The notes under the pieces were generated by a model that saw only the letters and a list, made by a program, of their open reading frames with translations, did not search any database and was not told where the DNA came from. Shown here piece after piece: positions 11,885-24,619 of a stretch of DNA of 46,215 nucleotides. The DNA comes from Octopus bimaculoides. Its lineage: Eukaryota. Each line of letters starts with the position of its first letter. Within the stretch, counting starts at the first letter, position 1. Location: the NCBI RefSeq assembly GCF_001194135.2, contig NC_068986.1, positions 72,049,434 through 72,095,648 of the forward strand. The letters are read 5' to 3'. Both the position numbers and the translations under genes were made by a program.

Positions 11885-13165
11885 GGTATTAATTTTCTTT
11901 CATTCCTTTGCCCATTATGGCCTCAATTAGCCATCTCTCTTCTTCTAACACCAACCCCACACAGATTCCCACACACACCCCACATTCAACTGCCCTTCCC
12001 TTCCACCCACACACACTTGCACACCGCCTACCTCGGTACCTTTACCGCACACACCTCTATACAAACACCCATACACACTGTTCAACTCATTACATCACAC
12101 ACCTTCCCATACACACTTGCACCTACACCACACACCATTATCCACACACCCACACACAATCTTCAAAAGAGTCACTACACACACCACTACACGAGCACCC
12201 CTACACATTGTTCAACTCAGTACATACACCACACACCATCATGCATACTCCCACACACTCATATGCACATGCATTCACACACACCTTCCCAGTCCACACA
12301 CACTAGTATCCGATATCTGCCAACCCCCACCTACCCCCACCCCAATCTCACCTCTACTCACCTTCATCCCTTCACCCCTATTCCACATCCTAACTACTAT
12401 CTCTCGCCACTCCTATCCCATCTCACACCTCTGTGCATTCCCCCACAACACACAGTATTCACTCCAAAAAGCACAAAACGCTTGAACACAGACACTATAC
12501 ACACACGCAACACGCCTAAACACAGACAACTTTCGCCCACAAACATATACTATAAGCATGTACATTATATGGTCACAGACATACACACATACACACGTGC
12601 ACACACCACCTGAACAAGTACACATCAACTGCTAAACACGAACGTTTGCACACGCAAGCATGCGCGCACACACACACACACACACGCATGATAGCCTCAC
12701 ACATATACACTCGTCCATACGCACACACACAAATACATAAAACGCACATCACTCAACACAGAGCATACTCTAGGTTACTTGTATACGTACACACACAGGC
12801 CCGCATAATTTTCAGCTCGCCCACACATACATATTCACGCACTCGCCCCCATTCACACATACACACTCACACACACCATCCTCACATGCACACATGCGTT
12901 TGCGCACCTTAGTCGTCCAGATCACTGTTATTATCTCCCTTTCATTCACCCTCTTTTTTTCCGGCCATTTCATTATGTTGAACCGTTAACCCCTACACAT
13001 TTTTTGCTCTTACCGTTTTGGGGTCGGGGGATACCCTCTTAATCCTTTCTTTCGAAACGTTAAAGTCTTATCCATTCTTTCCGAACGTTAAACTAATACA
13101 CCTGCTTGTTCCTTCACCTGCCTTAGTCTTTTGTTTTCTGCAAATTTGAATCATATATATGATAA
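11885..13165 (+). mobile_element. C/A-rich low-complexity tract ending in a Penelope-like terminal repeat; probable PLE 3' region
   Basis: About 1 kb of degenerate CA/CCA sequence followed by 13044-13150, which is homologous to 8631-8760. It starts with GINFLSF, loosely like the GLN..FSF end of PLE endonucleases. Confidence 0.45.
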
Positions 13166-13254
13166 AATACTGAGTAGGGCATTAAAAGGACAATATAGGT
13201 GTTGATATTTATGTGTGTTTGTGTGTGTGTGCGTGTGTGTTTGTCTTTTATTTT

Positions 13255-13623
13255 ATATCTTTTGCTTATTTCAGTCATTAGACTGCAGTCATGCAGTCTA
13301 ATGAATCTTAGTCGAATGAATCCACCCCAGATATAAAACACCAACACCGGTTGTCAAGCAGTGGTGGAGGACAAACAGAGACATAGACACGCGAAGTGGC
13401 GTTTAAAATTTACTACAGCTTTTTCGGTAGCATTTTATCGATGCATTCATAGATCATATCATAGCATAAATCCACCGTCCTCAGTTAAAGTTTTAAACAC
13501 GTATAAAGAAGTGAGGCAAAACTAGAAGATAACATATCCACTTACTAACATGATGAACTAATACACACACACACACACACACACGCACGCACACACACAC
13601 ACACACGCACGCACACACACACG

Positions 13624-13699
<76 letters not shown>

Positions 13700-13968
13700 A
13701 TATTCTTTAAATATATGAACCACAGTTTATATGGTTACTTTATACTTGAACTTTCTAGGAATTGGTAACCAGTATTTTCATTGGATTTTATTATCTCTTA
13801 ATGAGGTTTATAACCTTTATTTGAATTTATATATATATATATATATGGGCTTCTTTCCGTTTCATCTACCATTCACAAGGCATTGATCATCCCCAGGCTA
13901 TAGTAGAAGACAGCTGTCCAAGGTGCCACGCAGTGGGACTAAATCGGGAACCATGTGATTGGGATATA
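13255..13968 (-). mobile_element. SINE family B (tRNA head, CORE-like CCTTGGGCAAGT motif, internal microsatellite), interrupted
   Basis: Tail 13255-13392 and head about 13845-13968 (ccaaggtgccacgcagtgggac...ggaaccatgtg) match 44284-45016; the centre holds (CA)/(TA) tracts and extra sequence. Confidence 0.8.
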
Positions 13969-13974
13969 AATGTC

Positions 13975-14490
13975 TGTCTGGCATGGTTTCTATGGTTGGA
14001 TGCCTTTTCTAACGTGGACTACTTTACATAATGCACAGGATGCTTTTTCGGGATGATACCAGCAATAGTGAGGTCACCAAGTAATTTTTAAGGCAAATAG
14101 ATCCCTGCTTGGTCGAGGTGGTGTAGTACAGAAAAAGCTAGCTTTATATCAGGTTGTGGGAGACCTGATAAAGGGGGACAGGAATATTTGTCATGCTGTA
14201 GAGGCGATACATGGTTAACCGTATTATATAAATGTGGGTGGAAGTAACTGAAAGGACAAGATAAAAATGGAGGTGATAGATGGCAGGACGTACATTCATG
14301 TGACGAGAAGGTGAGATAGGGTTAGAGCATTTTAAGTTCCTAGCTGTGTGGAGGGAGAATGACATATGGCTAGAGATAGTAGTTGAGGCGTTGGAAGCGT
14401 TGCCGATGGTAAATATGAGTTTGGACAAAGAAATAGCAATGGCTCAGGAAGAGATTATCAATTGAATGACTAGATGCAATCTACAGATCT
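13975..14490 (-). mobile_element. Highly decayed 3' end of a non-LTR retrotransposon (CR1/L2/Jockey group, tentative)
   Basis: The reverse strand ends in ...gaaaaggcatccaaccatagaaaccatgcc, a tail type I recall from octopus LINE-derived repeats; weak RT C-terminal similarity spread across frames. Confidence 0.4.
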
Positions 14491-16374
14491 AATAATTTTC
14501 TTAATGTCATATAAGGAATATTGTATTATTATTTTCATTCTAATAATTATACTTATTTCTGCCATAATAAATACTGAATCTGTAGATTGCACATACAATT
14601 GACAATCTGTGTGCTAAAAACTCGTTTACATTCGAAATTTGCTCTTTCTAGTTTTGTCCACTTTGTTACATATTTTCGATAATGTATAACTGATGAAATA
14701 AACGCGGTACATTGGCAAATGAAGTATACGGATCGAAATGTTGGCATACTTTTTTCGCATGTAATACAAAATCATCAGTAATACGTGTCTGTTAGAAACT
14801 TAAATTCGTTTTACTTATGTCGAATTGCTCAATCGTTCAGCATTTGTCTGCACATAGTCCGATGTGTTCAAAAACAATTTACATCTGGTTTCTTTTAGGT
14901 ATTATAATGGCAAAAAACAATTTAATGTCAAAGTGTTTTTTTATTTATTGAATATAAAGCTTTGATTGGATGATCGATAGAGTCAATTTACATTTGTATG
15001 TTACAGAAAACCGCGCGTTTTCTTCAAGGATTTATTCACATATTATTCAGTAACAATGTTTATGAAATTTGAAATCTTTAATTCATAGTTTATAAACAGA
15101 GTAATGACTATTAAAAGAAATGTGAACCCAGTTTCTAATAACTATAAAATCAAAGCTAATGCAAATAGCTTTTTGAGCCCTTGTTATTTTTGTCAACTAC
15201 TTCACTATGAATTTGCAAGTACAAAAACTATTCTTTTATCGCTCATAACTTCGTTATTATTTATTTATTTATTTGTCATTTTGGCCATTTTCAGTCTCTA
15301 TGAGACATGGCGTGGGTTATTAATTTTTACTACGCTTTTGTGTATAAACTCGATAATAAAACATCAAAGATAATAGATGTAGAAAACTACAGTGGAAAAA
15401 CTAGCGGTGAAAAATTTACCCGATAGCTTGAGTTCTACCATTGAAAGAAATATTAAAGATATATGATAATATACCACATGTGCAAGTATAGTAGGTTTAC
15501 ATAGTTTGTTTCTGTTAGAAAAGAAATAAAAACAAAATTACATTTTATTGTTAAGTTATTGAGGTAAAACGTTTATAATTTGTTTTTCATTCGATTACAG
15601 AGACTTATATTTAGATTGTCTGCTTCAGTGGCGTCTCAGTTAAATTCATATCAGCGCCAGTATTATTTACGTTCATTCTGTACGAAAATTTACGATCTTT
15701 TGAAGTCAGAAAGCGTAATACAGACACACATGCATTTTCACACAGATTATATATATACACACACATATATATATATNNNNNNNNNNGTATTTATGTACGT
15801 ATGTATGTATGCACGTACATGCATATACATACACACACACATATATATAAACAGTAAACGCATATATCTGAATTTTCTATAGTTCTCTTCTGCCCTCTCT
15901 TTCTTTTTGTGTGCGTAAGTATGTGTGTGTGTATGTAAGTGTGAGTGTGTGAGTGAGTGTGTAAATATTTAGATATACATACAATCCTTCAGCATCTAAG
16001 GAAAAATAAATAAATTTGCTCTCATAAACAAGGGATAGAGATGACTCTTTTACCCTAGAATATAATGAAAAAATGGTTGATTTTTGTCAAGTTTGTATGC
16101 AAATCAAATTCTACAGAGAGGAAATGTTCTGCTGCCTTGATGACTTATTTATTTATATGGCTGAGCGCTATGACTTTATGTCTGGTAGATACAAATATCT
16201 TAAAATATAACCAAAACTAAGACAATAAATAGAACAATATATGCAGAAACTGCAGCTGTTACGCTCTGATAAAAAGTTTTCCTTGCTTGGTTTTGTATCA
16301 AAATACCGTTCATTGAATAGAGAAAAAGAGCGTAAACTGAACCGAAACATAATCCAATAAACGTGAGCGAGCGT

Positions 16375-16387
16375 TTGTGTGTGTGCA

Positions 16388-16457
<70 letters not shown>

Positions 16458-16600
16458 CGTGCGTGCGTGCGTGCGCTGTCTGCATGCGTATGAATGCTTT
16501 GTATATGCGAACGCGGATGTGTGCATGCGTGTGCGTGTGTCTGTCTGTGTGCGCGTGTGTTTCTGTGTGAGTGTGTGAGTGTGTGCGTGTTGCGTGCTTG
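16375..16600. repeat. (TG)n / (TGCG)n microsatellite
   Basis: Seen directly. Confidence 0.95.
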
Positions 16601-17385
16601 CATGTATGCGTTTCTTCTATATACGTGCGCGTATTTGGGCATATGCGTATACGTGAGGCAGAGAAAGTGAGGGAGAATGTCAGAGAGAGAGACACACAGA
16701 GAGGAGGGAAGGAAAAGAAATCTGTTATACAAAATTTTCCATGCAGACACTCTTAGACTTTAGAAGATGAAGAAATGATTGCGTATATAAAGAAGTGATG
16801 ATATTTAGGGGTAAAACAATAAGTGATTGTTTCGTTTAGGAATAGATTCTCTTCTCTGGGAATATAATAATCGATGGTGTTAGGTTTTACTTTACTGAAA
16901 AGCGGGGAAATCTCATCGACTCAATCATTGTTATAGTTTACTGGTTAATAATTCACAAGTACAAAACAGATCAATAGGTAAAAGTCTTGCAGTGCGTAAA
17001 AATGTTCGAAATAGTGTTGAATGCACCACAAGCCAAAAAAGTAGCAAATAAAATTCAGCTTTCTGTAGAGTATAGTGTTATCTATTGCATGTGCGAAAGA
17101 ATAAAATGGTTTTAGATTTGCCAAAATTAGCCAAAATATTGCATCATAACATTCAGAAAATATCATCACAAATGCTGCGCAATGATCATAATTTTCTTGC
17201 TGCTTTCATATATGCTTTCATAATTTTTTTTCTTCATTCTGCTGCTTGGGTTGCTATGATCATGTATCTCATCACGCAAGAAATAGCAGGATTGCGTTAA
17301 ATTTGTATTCAAGCGAAAGCCATACTTCTAGCGGCTCTCATCTCGAGTGCTCCTTAATAACTGTACTTATTACTGTGCTAGGTTG

Positions 17386-17419
<34 letters not shown>

Positions 17420-18345
17420 TGAAAATTACTTATATCGTATGATATGACTTAGTCTAGTATTTCTGCTGAACAGACTAGGAAGTTGCGTGAATTATATCAA
17501 TATGAACTTCCCAGTCTTCTCCACCATATACTTTGTCACTAAAGTTAGCAATCCCATTGACAAGAGAACAATAGTAATGGCATTTATCTCTTCTCGAACC
17601 CCCATACAACTCTTTTACTCCTTCTTCTCCTCTTTATTCTGCTTCTCTTTTTGCCCCTCCTTCTTAGTCTTTTCCCCTCCATCTTTTCTCGTTTTTATCT
17701 TCTTTTTCTTCTTTTACTTCTTTACTTTCCCCTTTTCTTCTTTTTGTATATAATTATTTATAAAATAATCAATCAATGTTTCTGTATTTTTCGAATAGTT
17801 AGAAATTGAATATAACTGCGTAATACAATTTGGTATGATTCGATGATTTAATAGTTGATTCAAGCGGAAGAAAACTAAACCTGTGTAAACACGATTGCAA
17901 AATAGATCAGAAAAATAACGGTCTTATTCATTTAAACAAAACCATTCCATACAATAGGAAATCCTTTTAACGTTTACGTACAGATGAACTTAAAGTTTGT
18001 AGCAAGTTAAACCAATGATGCATCAGTTAATCCGTCAATCCAGTTGATCCATTTCGGTTGTAATGTGGATTAGTGGATGATCTAACTTTCACGACTGGTT
18101 TATTGTGCAGGTTTAACCTCAGTCAATTTTCAGCAGCGACTAATTTTTATCATTGCACTGATGCGAAAGTTTGTTGATGTGAATGGATTTTTAATGACAT
18201 TTTGAATTAGATATTTGTTTGCTAAAATGTAAAGTGTATTTCGATGAAGTTACGATGTCATGGCTTTTGCATCTATATACACACTACACTTTAAGATGTT
18301 TATAAGCTGTTGATGCAGATAGATAAATCGTTTCTTTCTTACTAG

Positions 18346-18530
18346 TGCTGTTATTGTTTATTCCAGGTTAGCCCTGATGCTATAGACGCATAAACGTTTC
18401 AGTTATGACCATTCCATCTACATATATCCCATATTGTATCTAGAACTACATTTAACATCAGTGTTCTATTTCAAGATGTTGGGGTGTTATATGAGGTAGA
18501 TTTGGCTGCTATTTCTTACAGCTCGTTGAA
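18346..18530 (-). mobile_element. Interspersed repeat family C (retroposon 3' end with AAC/AAT-rich tail)
   Basis: Shares agaaatagcagcca and atcaggg(c/t)t(a/g)acctg with 21225-21395 in the opposite orientation. Confidence 0.65.
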
Positions 18531-18749
18531 TTATATAAAGGCTAATTAGTTGGTTTTTAACTTTACTGAAATGGGTTTAATACGGTTAGAAGGGGTTTTC
18601 ATTTTATTGAACGGTGTTTAGTAGAGCTGAGTTAATAATCCAGATTTGTTCCTAGATTCAACCTTTCATTTCATCTATATGTCTTGATATAAGTCTTGAA
18701 AATTAATATATTTATTTCAACTTATTGCAATAGAGAAATTGAGGCTCTT

Positions 18750-20355
18750 GAAAACAATTGTGTAACTGTGGTGTTGGCTGTCCACTGCATACAGATCTTG
18801 TAATGATACGTGACTGTCTAACACGCTGATCCTGAGAGTCTTGTATATCATTACGACTGTACACTTTGCTCAGTCATCCGTGGTGAAGGATTCACCACGG
18901 ATGACCGAGTAAGATGCAACAGACATGATCTTACGCACAGGCCTATTGAAATGATGTTTGAAGTGGTACCCAAGTACCTTTAGAGGTACTTGCTTATCTT
19001 CCTCTCCACTCCTTCCACTCCTGTCACTGAAACATCATCTTGTCAACGGTTACATAAATCTCGGGAGCAACTCGTGTGGGTTGAGCCTGGAAAACCTGAG
19101 CTTTCTATCCTTTTCAGACATTCTTCTTTCTACTTCTCAGTACTGGTCATGTTGCGCTTGTCAGGCATTAAGTCATTAAGCCACTTAACAAGACGTTTTA
19201 TAAGATTTTCTTTTGCGGATGGAATCGCTTCTCTGTGTGCTTGCTCTGACTATCTAAAACTTTCCCTTTCCTGAAAAACATAATTTTAGATTTTGTTAGG
19301 TTTAAACTCAACTGTACAATATGTTCAAGTAAAATTACCATCGATTTCTTCTTCATGTGGACTGTGGTTACGATTATGAGAACATCCATGAAATATCTTT
19401 TTGGATGTTGTTGGCTGCACAACTCCATCCTTGGTTTTTGTATTTCTTTATCAGCAATTGTTATAAAGAAGTTCAATCCCATGTTGAAGAGAATGGGGGA
19501 AATTGTACAGCGAGTTACATTTTCCTTCTCAAGGCTTCGCCTACAAGTTGTAAACTGGGTTGCTTTGAAACGCAACTGAATACCTCCGAAATAACTGATG
19601 ATCGTCTCCTTAATGCGCGAAGAGATATGGTAGTTGTTTGAGGCTACATATATGAGGGCATGAGGGCATGAGGGATTGATCTGTACGCATTGCCAAATCT
19701 AGCCAGACCACTAAAAGGTTAGCTTTGCTTCTTTTGGTTTCCTAGATTATCTGACTGAGAACTCCGGTGTGTTTAAGACATCCAAAGAACCATGGGGTCC
19801 CACCTTTCTAGAGTATTTATATGTCCATTTTCGATCATGTACGAGTTCATCCTTTTGGCCAACATTAAAAACATTTTACCTCCAACACTCAGGAGTGAAA
19901 CGGTTCTAAATTAGTTCATGGCTGAAGAGTTTCTGCCTTGGGTACAAAATACCCTTGTACCTTCTTCTTGCACTATGATATGATTCCCTTTTACCATATT
20001 TTACTGAGCAGTGTCCACAATCTCAGAAAGAACATAAGGAATTTCTTATACACCTTGTACGGTATACCACTTGGACCAAGAGCAGTCTGGTTCCGACCTT
20101 CATCAACTCTCTAATTTCTTTCCAAAATGGATTGCTGATGTCAAGTTAATTTCCTGATAATACAGTTTTACCGAGCTTTGGCTTAGCATCCAAGGCTTGG
20201 GTTTTGAGGTTGTCATGGTGGATCTTTCTCAGAAATCCCTCTATGTTTTTACTGAGGCAGGTTCAACTACCAGATTTAGTCTCACCCAGCAGTGTTTTAG
20301 TGACTCTAAAAGGATTCTTAGTAAACCAAGCTCTTTTCTTCTCCATTATGTCTCT
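18750..20355 (-). mobile_element. HERO-like (RLE-clade) non-LTR retrotransposon, internal RT fragment, decayed
   Basis: Reverse-strand frames give KRAWFTKNPFRVTKTLLGETKSG, ALGPSGIPYKVYKK, FRTVSLLSVGGK, VVWLDLANAYRSIPH, CTISPILFNMG, FMDV (at the FMDD position), KSKIMFFRKGKV, GVEEKISKYL and DSQDQRV, in the order of HERO RT; many stops and frameshifts. Confidence 0.85.
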
Positions 20356-20377
20356 GTGTGTGTATTTAATATATATA

Positions 20378-20395
20378 TACGTGTGTGTGTGCGTG

Positions 20396-20468
<73 letters not shown>

Positions 20469-20480
20469 GTGTGTGTGGTG
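20378..20480. repeat. (TG)n microsatellite
   Basis: Seen directly. Confidence 0.95.
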
Positions 20481-21224
20481 CGTGAGCGTCTATGTATTAT
20501 GCATGCACGTAATTGTAATATCATATTATCAGTTATTGAGTGAAGATCACAATGATTTTGTCACTTTCCGACGTTATCAGTCCTTCCAATGGTGCCGAAC
20601 GCCAATGAAACAAACAGATAAATCCGTGGTTTCTTTAACTCACACTGCAGCGCACTTTTAACATCTCTCATTCATTAAGTGATCACAACAAATTGGTAGC
20701 AGCTGTGATAGCTCCAACAGCTACGCAAGAATCATGTCTTACTGCTCACTGAAGTAGTAAAACATGCGACTGTCATATCTATGAATAAGCATTTTCTGCT
20801 TACTCTCCAGTTCTTGAATCGTTGCCCTGCTGTGCTTCCTAAGTTCAATGCTAGCAATGTACGACATAGCGGATCAAGGTATGAACCCAGGACATCCCAT
20901 CTTTATTGGAAGCACCGTGTACTGCTATTTTCGTTCCTCTTTTGATTTCCTATTCTAGGTTTTTCATGCGCATCAAAACTATTTTTGCCAACTCAGACCA
21001 CATTATAAAGTCAGAGCAGTGCTTCATTATTGCAATATGGCTTAAGAATATGAACGGTTTCTCCAAATCTTCCTTGAATCTCCTTGTTCATATCTTTCCA
21101 GCAAGTGTTGGACTGCAACAGCTTATACGTATATTAATCTATATAGATGTATCTACTTAATCAATAGAATTTATCAATTCTTCCAAGTAAACCTTACTAA
21201 GGACAACGAGGAACATTTACGTAG

Positions 21225-21395
21225 TTGCTTGGTTTGCTAGAAATAGCAGCCACATTCAACTCAAATGTAACCTTACTATCTTGAAAATGGACACTTTGGA
21301 TAATGCACATGGGATAAGAGAGATTATGACAGTTGGAATACCTTTGATTATAAATTTACTTGATCAGGGTTGACCTGAGGGCTAAACAACAACTT
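21225..21395 (+). mobile_element. Interspersed repeat family C, second copy
   Basis: See 18346-18530; ends aaacaacaac. Confidence 0.65.
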
Positions 21396-22389
21396 TCTGT
21401 TCCTCATAGCCCAGCCACTATTTTACTTCCTCTCATAAACTGCCGTTTCTCCTCCAAAAGAAATTTAGCTGAAAACGTTGAAATAGTCTTCTACTCATTT
21501 ACTTAATTTTCTGAGCTTTATTCAATTAATATTCCCGAAGTATACAATGTTTAGCTTATCCAGAATGCTTTTTGTTCTATAATAAATACTGCATTTAAAT
21601 GTATTTTTATATATAATTTTGACAAAATTTCCCCTATTAATTCATTAATTTGATGTATAAACTCCATGTAATCTTTTTTTTTCCGTTAAAACCGACAACG
21701 CATCTGAATAAAAGTGAGATTAATTTATTTATTTTTGTTTCACAATAAATCATGCATTGAATGGTTACAAGTCGATGTCCTTTGTTATGCGTTGGTAAAT
21801 ATATTCTAAATGTGCCCGAAAGAAATAAATTATAAAAATAAATATAACTCAAGAGATAAAATTCAAGAGATCAAGAGAAATTGCTTTTCCTGGTTTTTTG
21901 CCAAGATAAAACCCAGAAAATGCCTTTAAGTTTTCCATAATGCAAACGCTTATATTTTCATACTGATTACCGAGTTTGTATGTTTGATAAACCTGTGTGA
22001 ACGAACCAAATGGATCGGAAAATAAGCAATTGTGGCTGTTAATCAACTAATTGCACGCTATTAAAATAGAAAGTAATATATAACCATGACTCGTAAAGCC
22101 AAATCAAATGTCAGCGCAAATAATAAAGGGAAAATAGAAACCACAAGCTTTAGCTTGCCTTAGGTTTTGTATTTATTGTCTTGTATCGACTTACGTTTGT
22201 TTACAGACATTCACTCCAGTCAATAATGGACTGGAATTGGCTCAGATGAATGATATTATATTTATGGATGAAATACATCATAAATAACTTTAAATTAATG
22301 TGACAATTTATATGTATAAACAGCTACTATGGTATTACACTTTTGATTTTATTATCTGAGGTAGAGAAGAAAAATATTTAATAGAAATT

Positions 22390-22608
22390 ATTTCTTTCGA
22401 CTAAAGGCACAAGGCCTGAAATTTAATGGGGAGACGGTTAGTCAATTACATAGACCCCAGTGCTCAACTGGTATATATTTTATTGATCCTGAAAGGATGA
22501 AAGACAAAGTCGACCTCGGTGGTATTTATTCTCAGAACATAAAGCCGGAAGAAATGTTGCAAAGCATTCTGTCCGGTGCCCCAACGATTCTGCCAGCTCG
22601 CTGCCTTA
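22390..22608 (-). mobile_element. SINE family A, full length, with probable 11-bp TSD
   Basis: Tail, core and head all present; taatagaaatt at 22379-22389 and 22611-22621. Confidence 0.9.
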
Positions 22609-22845
22609 TCTAATAGAAATTCTTATTACAATGATTAAATTCTTTTATGATACTAAAATGAAAAGTTATTTTTAATTAATCAGCTTATAAAGAACCATAT
22701 ACAATAATAAACCTATACACCTCACAACAAAGTAGTACAGCCTGCATGGACTGGGAACTCGCCGAAAACATTCAACAGTGTGCGCAGAAAACTCTAGTCT
22801 TCTTTCAAAAGGCAATTATTCCACTTATCAAGAATACAGTTTCGC

Positions 22846-22847
<2 letters not shown>

Positions 22848-22904
<57 letters not shown>
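22848..22904. repeat. (TC)n running into a 513-N gap (22905-23417)
   Basis: Seen directly. Confidence 0.95.
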
Positions 22905-23417
22905 NNNNNNNNNNNNNNNNNNNNNNNNNNNNNNNNNNNNNNNNNNNNNNNNNNNNNNNNNNNNNNNNNNNNNNNNNNNNNNNNNNNNNNNNNNNNNNNN
23001 NNNNNNNNNNNNNNNNNNNNNNNNNNNNNNNNNNNNNNNNNNNNNNNNNNNNNNNNNNNNNNNNNNNNNNNNNNNNNNNNNNNNNNNNNNNNNNNNNNNN
23101 NNNNNNNNNNNNNNNNNNNNNNNNNNNNNNNNNNNNNNNNNNNNNNNNNNNNNNNNNNNNNNNNNNNNNNNNNNNNNNNNNNNNNNNNNNNNNNNNNNNN
23201 NNNNNNNNNNNNNNNNNNNNNNNNNNNNNNNNNNNNNNNNNNNNNNNNNNNNNNNNNNNNNNNNNNNNNNNNNNNNNNNNNNNNNNNNNNNNNNNNNNNN
23301 NNNNNNNNNNNNNNNNNNNNNNNNNNNNNNNNNNNNNNNNNNNNNNNNNNNNNNNNNNNNNNNNNNNNNNNNNNNNNNNNNNNNNNNNNNNNNNNNNNNN
23401 NNNNNNNNNNNNNNNNA

Positions 23418-23560
23418 GATCGACCCTAGTACGCAACTGGTACTTAATTTACCGGCCCCGAAAGGATGAAAGGCAAAGTCACCCTCGGCAGAATTTGAAC
23501 TCAGAACGTAAAGACTGTCGAAATACCGCTAAGCAGTTCGCCCGGCGTGCTAACGTTTCT
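23418..23560 (-). mobile_element. SINE family A, partial (3' end lost in the gap)
   Basis: Core and head match 3871-4082. Confidence 0.88.
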
Positions 23561-23796
23561 TATTTCTTTACTTCCCACAAGAGCTACACGCAGAGGGGAC
23601 AAACAAGGACAGAGACAACCGGATTAAGTCGATTATATCGACCCCAGTGCGTAACTGGTACTTATTTAATCGACCCCGAAAGGGATGAAAGGCAAAGTCG
23701 ACCTCGGCGGAATTTGAACTCAGAACGTAGTGGCAGACGAAATACAGCTAAGCATTTCGCCCGGCGTGCTAACGTTTCTGTCAGCTCACCGCCTTA
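23561..23796 (-). mobile_element. SINE family A head and core with a different 3' tail (A2 subfamily)
   Basis: Same head and core, but the tail reads ...gtctctgtccttgtttgtcccctctgcgtgtagctcttgtgggaagtaaagaaata. Confidence 0.88.
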
Positions 23797-24039
23797 AAGA
23801 TTTAAAGGATAAAACAGAAGTTACTATGAGCTCCATGCCTGGTTAAGGATAGGATATATAACCTCACCATCACTCTGATCTGACAAGAGGAGTAACTGAG
23901 AGATTTGATATTTATTCCATTTGTCTGTGACTATATTATGAAACTCTGCTATTTTATTGTAGAGTCTGGCGTTTTAACTTGCCATGTACTGCTTTGATGA
24001 GTAGTCAGTTCGTTATGTTGTAGCACTATGTTTATGATT

Positions 24040-24126
24040 GTGTGTGTGTGCGTGCGCCTGTGCGTGTGCATGTGTGTGTGAGATGGATGATGTATATATG
24101 AATACACACACACATACGTACACGCT

Positions 24127-24195
<69 letters not shown>

Positions 24196-24366
24196 NNNNN
24201 NNNNNNNNNNNNNNNNNNNNNNNNNNNNNNNNNNNNNNNNNNNNNNNNNNNNNNNNNNNNNNNNNNNNNNNNNNNNNNNNNNNNNNNNNNNNNNNNNNNN
24301 NNNNNNNNNNNNNNNNNNNNNNNNNNNNNNNNNNNNNNNNNNNNNNNNNNNNNNNNNNNNNNNNNN

Positions 24367-24425
<59 letters not shown>
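24040..24425. repeat. (TG)n tracts flanking a 171-N gap
   Basis: Seen directly. Confidence 0.95.
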
Positions 24426-24426
<1 letters not shown>

Positions 24427-24619
24427 ATTGTATGCATGAGTTCAGCCCATAAACTTCAAATGAGGAATCCCTGAATGCTTTACAAATTTTCACTGTACCA
24501 CTTATCGATTATTTTTGGAGAATATGTATTAGTTTACTTTTCTACGTTTATATATAGATTTGTTGCTACATACATCTATGATAATAGATACAAATGAAAT
24601 TCTGGGGCCTGAATGTAAC

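Noticed and set aside
11843-12613. 256-aa His/Thr/Pro-rich ORF as a protein-coding gene
   Set aside because: Explained by C/A compositional skew; all three plus frames are open for long stretches and there are no domain motifs.
22746-23797. Long ORFs of 200-400 aa here and at 35365-36007 and 40325-41549
   Set aside because: Their length comes from N runs translated as X.
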